Assembly (NCBI GenBank): GCA_002269645.1
Contig: NIVC01000839.1
Span: 1 to 64,000 of the forward strand
Source: Macrostomum lignano
Lineage: Eukaryota
Direction: 5' to 3'
Length of the DNA stretch: 64,000 nt
In this document: positions 23,296-64,000 of the stretch, piece after piece
Layout: every line of letters starts with the position of its first letter
Position numbering within the stretch: position 1 is the stretch's first letter
Notes under the pieces: model-generated
The model's input: only the letters and a program-made list of their open reading frames with translations
What the model was told of the DNA's origin: nothing
Database searches by the model: none
Translations under genes and position numbers: made by a program

Positions 23296-24685
23296 GGTGT
23301 TGACCTTGTACTTCCAGCCAATGGCTTCTTGCCGAAGCAATCTCCCGGGACCGTGGACATCTGCCACCATCGGGGACGCCCCGGCGAGACCCGTGGAGCA
23401 AACTCTGAACGGTGCCTCCAAGAAGACACCTGCAACTCCAGCTGCCAAGCAGCTGAGCACCACCTCTGGAGCTGCCCGTCGTCGACTTAACAAGGCGAGG
23501 CGGGTCAAGGGAGGCGGAAGCCTAACTGGCCGCCAGGGGCCAACGGCCCGCGGCAGCGGAAGCTTCCCAATCTGGGGCGGCGGCGGAAGAGGGCCCTGAG
23601 CCCACTGAAGTCCCTGCCCAGGATAGGGAGGCTGATGCAGCCGGGAGGGTGGACAGCCCACCTGATGTGGCAAAGAGGCAACCGGCGGTTATCATCCTAT
23701 TCTGGGGAAGGACGCGCGCCTATTTCCCGAACAGCTGAAGCAGGTGAGCCGCACTGTTGATGGTCTCTTGTGGAAGCTCACTCTGAACGGCACGCCTCTG
23801 AGCATTCACTCGAATGCGACGAGGGACCCTTGCCTTCTTATTTGGCCCGGTAATGCTGACTTGGGACGGCGGCGGTCCGAGCAGAGCTGGGACCTCAATT
23901 TAGCCTTCAGCAGAGAGGATAAGCGCCCCTGGACGAAGAGGCATCGAATCTGGGTTCCGGTCAGTAGAGTCGTTACCTCTGCTGATGAGCTCCGGAAAGG
24001 ACTGCTAGCAGTCAACCGAGAGCTTCCCGCCGCGGGCCTAGTGGTGTATGACACCCGTAAGCGTACCGAAGGCACTGGCTTCACAGCCATCCCGGGGCTG
24101 TCGGACGCCTGAATGAGGCACTATCCGCATGGCAGCTTCATCAACGTCGGCCTTTGGAAGCTGCGCATCCGTTCCGACGAGGCCGACCCTCCACGTGGCG
24201 GTAAGCAGGGCAGGCGGGACGCGGAGGCGGCCGAAGCCGAGGCGGGAGCCTTCAAGAAAGTGCGGGCCTTTAAGAAGCGGTCGCTTATCCCGCACTCCGA
24301 CCTCTGCCTCAAGACTCTCGAGGAGTGTGGCGGGCTCAACATCCTCACAGACTCAATCCTCGGCAATGAGCGCGCTGACCTGCTGGCGAAGGCTGGCTCC
24401 GCCGGCGCGCTGTTGGGGCCAGGCCCAGGGGCCCCCATCCCCGCCTCGGTGATCAATTCCCGCGTCAAGCGCTGGGCTGATTCCGAGCATCTCCGCGGAT
24501 GGCAGGCGATCCCGAGCTGCCGTCCCCTGTCCCTCACCCTCCTGAGTAGAGCCCTCCTCAGGCTCAAGCGCAAAGACCTCAGGCGCAGAGACCTCCGAGC
24601 AGTTAGCATGGCTCTCTCCGGGCATGGCTGCTTCTCTCGCCACCGCTTCCTCAGGGCACCTCTCTCTCTCACCTGTTCTGGGTGA
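23296..24685 (+). mobile_element. Internally deleted LOA/R1-type non-LTR retrotransposon (ORF1 remnant joined to RNase H tail)
   Basis: ORF1-like RIWVPV...DELRKGLLAVNRELP with a stop at ~24110; then ILGNERADLLAKAGS...GPGP and LRAVSMALSGHGCFSRH; no endonuclease or RT motifs between. Confidence 0.7.
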
Positions 24686-25434
24686 GTTTTCTATTGCAGA
24701 TAATTATTCATTTAACTTTGTTTGTCTGTGCAGCGGTGCGAAATTCGAATTTCTCGCTATTCGATGTTGGAAATGTGCATCGGAGACCGAGTTGGTCTGG
24801 CTGGCAACTCCTGCTGCACTCAGCTGAGCTCTGCACTCTCTGCGCCTCTCATTCCGTTTCTGTGTGTGCAGCCTGCGGTCTGGTGTACTTTGCCAGCAGC
24901 TGTGCGATGAAGCTCGCGTGTGCAGAGCGGCCTGCAGTAACAATGGAGACTGCTGGCTGAGAAATGAGTGGGGAAAGACAAAGAGAAGAACTGATCTCGA
25001 TTACGACTCATGAGCTCCCTCCCTTGTACTTTACTTACTACTGCTAGTAGCCATGGAGTTGCGTCAGATTTAGCCTATTCTCCGGATTAGCCGATAATTT
25101 CCACAACTGTACCTTTCAAATTTTTCCATGCTCTCCTGCAGTCTCTCGCTGTCTTCGCGTAGCAATAGGACCTTAAGCTGCTCGACACGCTATACACATA
25201 CCTTGGGCCGCTGACCACTGACAGGAGTGTAGGAGAGGCAAGAGCATTAGGTGATTGATTTATTTCTATGCTATTAGGCCGGAAAAGCCTCCGATCAAGT
25301 GCTTAGTAAGGCCGAACCCATCACAGCCAGAATGACATGCGGTATTTTTTTAACTTTATGACTTCAGGTGAAGAGTGGCAGATAATTAGTCTTTCTACTG
25401 TAAAAATATTAATACGGAGACAATGTTGAGAAAC

Positions 25435-25642
25435 TACCGTATAGCAATCCGACGTTGGCGACGTCGACCGACGTTCAAGACGCCTTTCGACGTTAATGAC
25501 AGATGTGTACTTTGACAGTGCACCGAATGTTCAGCGGGAGTATGACGTCGTTTATATCCGTCGAATTGTCATCGACGTCCTACATGTACATCGGCGGAAG
25601 CATCGGCGGACATAACGCCGACGTCGGATTGCTGTACGGGTA
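25435..25642. mobile_element. Small MITE with ~26-bp TIRs flanked by TA
   Basis: TACCGTATAGCAATCCGACGTTGGCG vs CGCCGACGTCGGATTGCTGTACGGGTA. Confidence 0.75.
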
Positions 25643-25980
25643 TTGTAGGAGCTTCAATCTCCAGAAAACACTACTTTAGTTAACGAGTCTACTTTTTATC
25701 GTAGTCAAAGTGTCCTTTTGTGCAATACATACGTATACACATGTGAAGTCTGCACAATCACTAAACTTCTTTTCTGACGCTTTGGTGGCTGCACTTTCCA
25801 GCATGTTGCCAGCAAAGAATGCAAACATGTAAGTAGTAGTATAATAGATATGCACTGCATGCACAAGGGAATGGCATATTGTTGTGAAGTTATATTTTGA
25901 CTATAAAACTGACGAGATGTCCAGTTACTTGATTTTACCTGCGTGGTATATGTTTGTCGATATTTTCCATCATAAGCATT

Positions 25981-27022
25981 TTAACCATTTGGAAGCCAAA
26001 GGCCTGCACTGCAGGCCATACCGAAACGGCCCAGAAACCCAGAGATTGAAAAATGTCTATGGCATCAAAAACCATCTCCCAATCACTAAAGCAAGTGCCC
26101 AGTATGGCCTGCTGTGCAGGCCATGACTGATTTAAAGACGTCCATTATGCATTTCCATTGTGTTTTCACTCAAATGGGAAATGTTAAAGGGGAAATAAAG
26201 CGTGGATGAATTAGCATGGATCTGGACAGAGACCAGGATTTCCGGGACATTGGCTGCAGCAAAATACTGTGTTCTTAGCTGGAACGTCAGGTTTCAAATA
26301 GTACATTCGGCATCGTTTGCTTGGGCGAGTCTGGGCTTCCGTTGCTGGGAGTCGTCCGTGTATATGTGGTATCCTCCGCCCAGCACTTCGCGGCTGAGCT
26401 CAACAACAACTCTCGCTCTCTTCCTCGCCATTTTCTGCACTCTCCTGCTGGAACTCCCTGACTGCCAACCACATTCGCTCATTGGTCCATGTGACAAGAC
26501 TGTGGTGAGAAACTCTTCAGTCAGGAAGATTGATAAATATTATTTCATACTTTCGTCTGGATTTTCTGGTAGACCAGTGCTTAGATTGATGGTCGAAAAC
26601 CCTCGGAATTCCGGCACCCCGTCGTGGTCAAACGAGTTGTCATTTCCAGGGGTTATTTCAACCCGTTCCGCGGTCGCCTCATCTTGGCTCTGATCAATTT
26701 CTGGATCCATGCCTTCCGACTCCGTTTCTGACTCAAAAACCGTCGAGTCATTGCTTGATAAAGCGTCTTCCGAATCGGAATCGAGTCCCAGTCTACGCAA
26801 GGCGTCACTTTTAGCTATCCTATTCGGCCGCGTAAAAGCCATTTGTGGGTAGGAAGGTTTGAACAGGAGCTAGCTGAAAAGCTATGTGATATACTTTACT
26901 TCTGGGCTTCTAGGGTGTGCACTCGATTCAGCAAAAAAGACAAATTTGTCTATGGACTGCTCTGCAGGCCTTTGGGCTTTTAAGCCATCTTACAGAACCA
27001 AGCTTAGGCGCGAAGTGGTTAA
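25981..27022 (-). mobile_element. Decayed, internally deleted piggyBac element
   Basis: TTAA at 25981 and 27019 with CCA(T/C)TT termini and GGCCTGCA subterminal repeats. Minus strand gives an acidic N-terminus (26540-26842), VVVELSREVLGGGYHIYTDD, and Cys-rich tail KRCRMYY...TVFCCSQCPGNPGLCPDPC (26211-26318). Confidence 0.75.
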
Positions 27023-27053
27023 GCTAGGCGCATTGACCGATTCTATTTGCGAT

Positions 27054-28147
27054 CTGTGACCAGGACGCCCAGATACTTGAACTGGTTGCACGGGGCGATG
27101 GTGTTGCCGTCCGGTAGAAGCAGCGGTGGAGAGTGGGAATGCCAACATGCAGCACCTCTGTATTGCCGTAGTGGATGTGGAGACCCACCCCCTCTGCGCA
27201 GCTTCGGGATCCTGCAGCAGGTCAGTGCCAAGTCGTCGGCGTAGGCGAGGCAGGTCAGCTTGACGCAGGGAAAGCGGGAGCTACGGCGAGGCACCACCAC
27301 TTCATAGCCGTCTTCGTCGCGCAGAGCCAAGCCGGATGACGTAGTCGATCAGGATAACGAATAGAAACGGTGATATGGTGTCACCTTGCAGCTAGGATTT
27401 GTGGTGGCAAATTCTGATGTATAGTGCCGTGGTCTGTCTAGACAAAAGCCTTGGACGAGCTGTAGAGGTCCATGATCGCCTGAACCATCAGCTGAGGAAC
27501 TCCATGCTGCTGGAGGAGCCAGGCAAAGGCCGTCCGGCTGACGGCCGAGTTAGAAGCTTTACTGACGACCCGGATGCCTTTAGTCAACAACCGCAAGCAG
27601 CTGGCGTGGCGGGCCTCCTACCTTCTCCGCGCTCCATCTTCAACTGCCGGCTCGCCAGCGACAGCCTGAAAAGGTCGCCCTCTTCCGCTCGGCAGTAATT
27701 GAGACAGTGCTGACCTACATGTACCTATGGGCTGGAAGCTGTGTCCGCGCGAATGACTGCCACTAGTGAGGCGAGCTTGGAGGCCTGTCATCGTCACCTC
27801 CTGAGCAATGCCCTAGGCATCTGGTTCCCCGAGCACGTGAGCAACGCTGAGCTGGCGGCCCGGACCCGCATTGCGCCCCTGGGTCGCACTTTGCAGAGGC
27901 GACGTTGATTGGCCACTGCCTGCGGGCCCACACACGGGGAACCGGGCACCCGCTCGCTGACCTGCTGCTCAGCCCACCTCCGCTAAGGCCAGGCGCGCTG
28001 CAAAACTCTGACTGACACTATTCTCACTCACTTCCGGTCTCTGGGCCTTATCCCTCAGTCTGTCTGCAAGCTAGGCTGGACTCAGCTGTTTTCAACCAAC
28101 GTGTGCTTTGCTGACCCCTAGATTTAATAATAATAATAATAGTAATA
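27054..28147 (+). mobile_element. 5'-truncated, 5'-inverted RTE-clade LINE
   Basis: Minus 27054-~27562: KA..SR...HGVP, LQGDTISPFLF, LAYADDLAL, FKYLG. Plus ~27563 onward: NRKQLAWRA, IETVLTY, EHVSNAEL, IGHCLR. (TAA)n tail; 9-bp TSD ATTTGCGAT at 27045-27053 and 28148-28156. Confidence 0.85.
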
Positions 28148-28463
28148 ATTTGCGATGCATGTTAAATATATTTAAATATATTGAATTATATTGAAATATA
28201 TTGAAATATATTAAATATATTGAAGTATATTACGTTTTGGCTTTCATCAGACATGCATACGTTAGATTTGGATTCCGAAACTCGTGTATAACGACATGAT
28301 GTCTAGATGTCGGACGTACTTAATTTCTGTTTTTACAAGAAACTGATAGAAGCGTGCTATGGCAGCTATGCTAAAGCATTTTAATTGTTTCTTGTAAGTA
28401 TCTGAGATACAAGCAAGCATCGGTGATTAATTTCTCAAAAAAATCTTTACTGCTAGCGTACAA

Positions 28464-63556
<35,093 letters not shown>

Positions 63557-63599
63557 GTATGTTCGATTTTTTGCCTTAATCTGTTTCCTTTTCCTCTTA

Positions 63600-63985
63600 T
63601 CGACACCCACCCACTCCGATGCTCTGCCCCTCGCTCTAACCGACACCCACCCCTATCGGATTCTCTGCCCTCACTCTAATCAACACCCACCCCACTCCGA
63701 ACTCTGCCCCTCACTCTAACCGACACCCACCCCACTCCGATCTCTGTCCCTCACTCTAACCAACACCCACCCCACTCTGATTCTCTGTCCCTCACTCTAA
63801 CCGACACCCACCCCACTCTGATTCTCTGCCCCTCACTCTAACCGACACCCACCCACTCCAATTCTCTGCCCCTCACTCTAACCGACACCCACCCCACTCC
63901 GATCTCTGTCCCTCACTCTAACCAACACCCACCCCACTCTGATTCTCTGTCCCTCACTCTAACCGACACCCACCCCACTCCAATT
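63600..63985. repeat. ~40-bp minisatellite, intron 26
   Basis: CTCTAACCGACACCCACCCCACTCCGATCTCTG units. Confidence 0.9.
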
Positions 63986-64000
63986 ATCTTAGCACTAATT

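Noticed and set aside
24820-24960. Cys-rich CTLC...CAAC...C peptide resembling a B-box or MYND finger
   Set aside because: Ligand set incomplete, needs a frameshift, no start or splice context; at most a pseudogene scrap

Overview
Eukaryotic (metazoan) genomic DNA; no prokaryotic features. GC-rich exons with homopolymer-rich proteins and introns packed with minisatellites resemble the flatworm Macrostomum (inference, not verified). The right 35 kb is a single + strand gene, a USP34 deubiquitinase orthologue. I traced 26 coding exons with phase-consistent GT-AG junctions from the ATG at 28464; the gene runs off the end of the window. Nearly every intron longer than about 300 bp holds its own unrelated minisatellite. 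The left part holds a BH3-motif exon with a BAD-like Akt/14-3-3 site (8096-8324), a small disordered ORF or terminal exon (13097-13405), an intronless coiled-coil/NHL gene and an intronless calmodulin-like gene with a 13-aa tandem repeat. Transposable elements are dense at 16.8-31.2 kb: two IS630-Tc1-mariner deletion derivatives, a deleted LOA/R1-type LINE, a deleted piggyBac, a 5'-inverted (twin-primed) RTE LINE and nested 8-bp-TSD MITEs. A CORE-SINE lies at 11.4 kb and a complete non-autonomous LTR element sits in USP34 intron 12. All homology statements rest on motif recognition and recall of known families; no database search was run.
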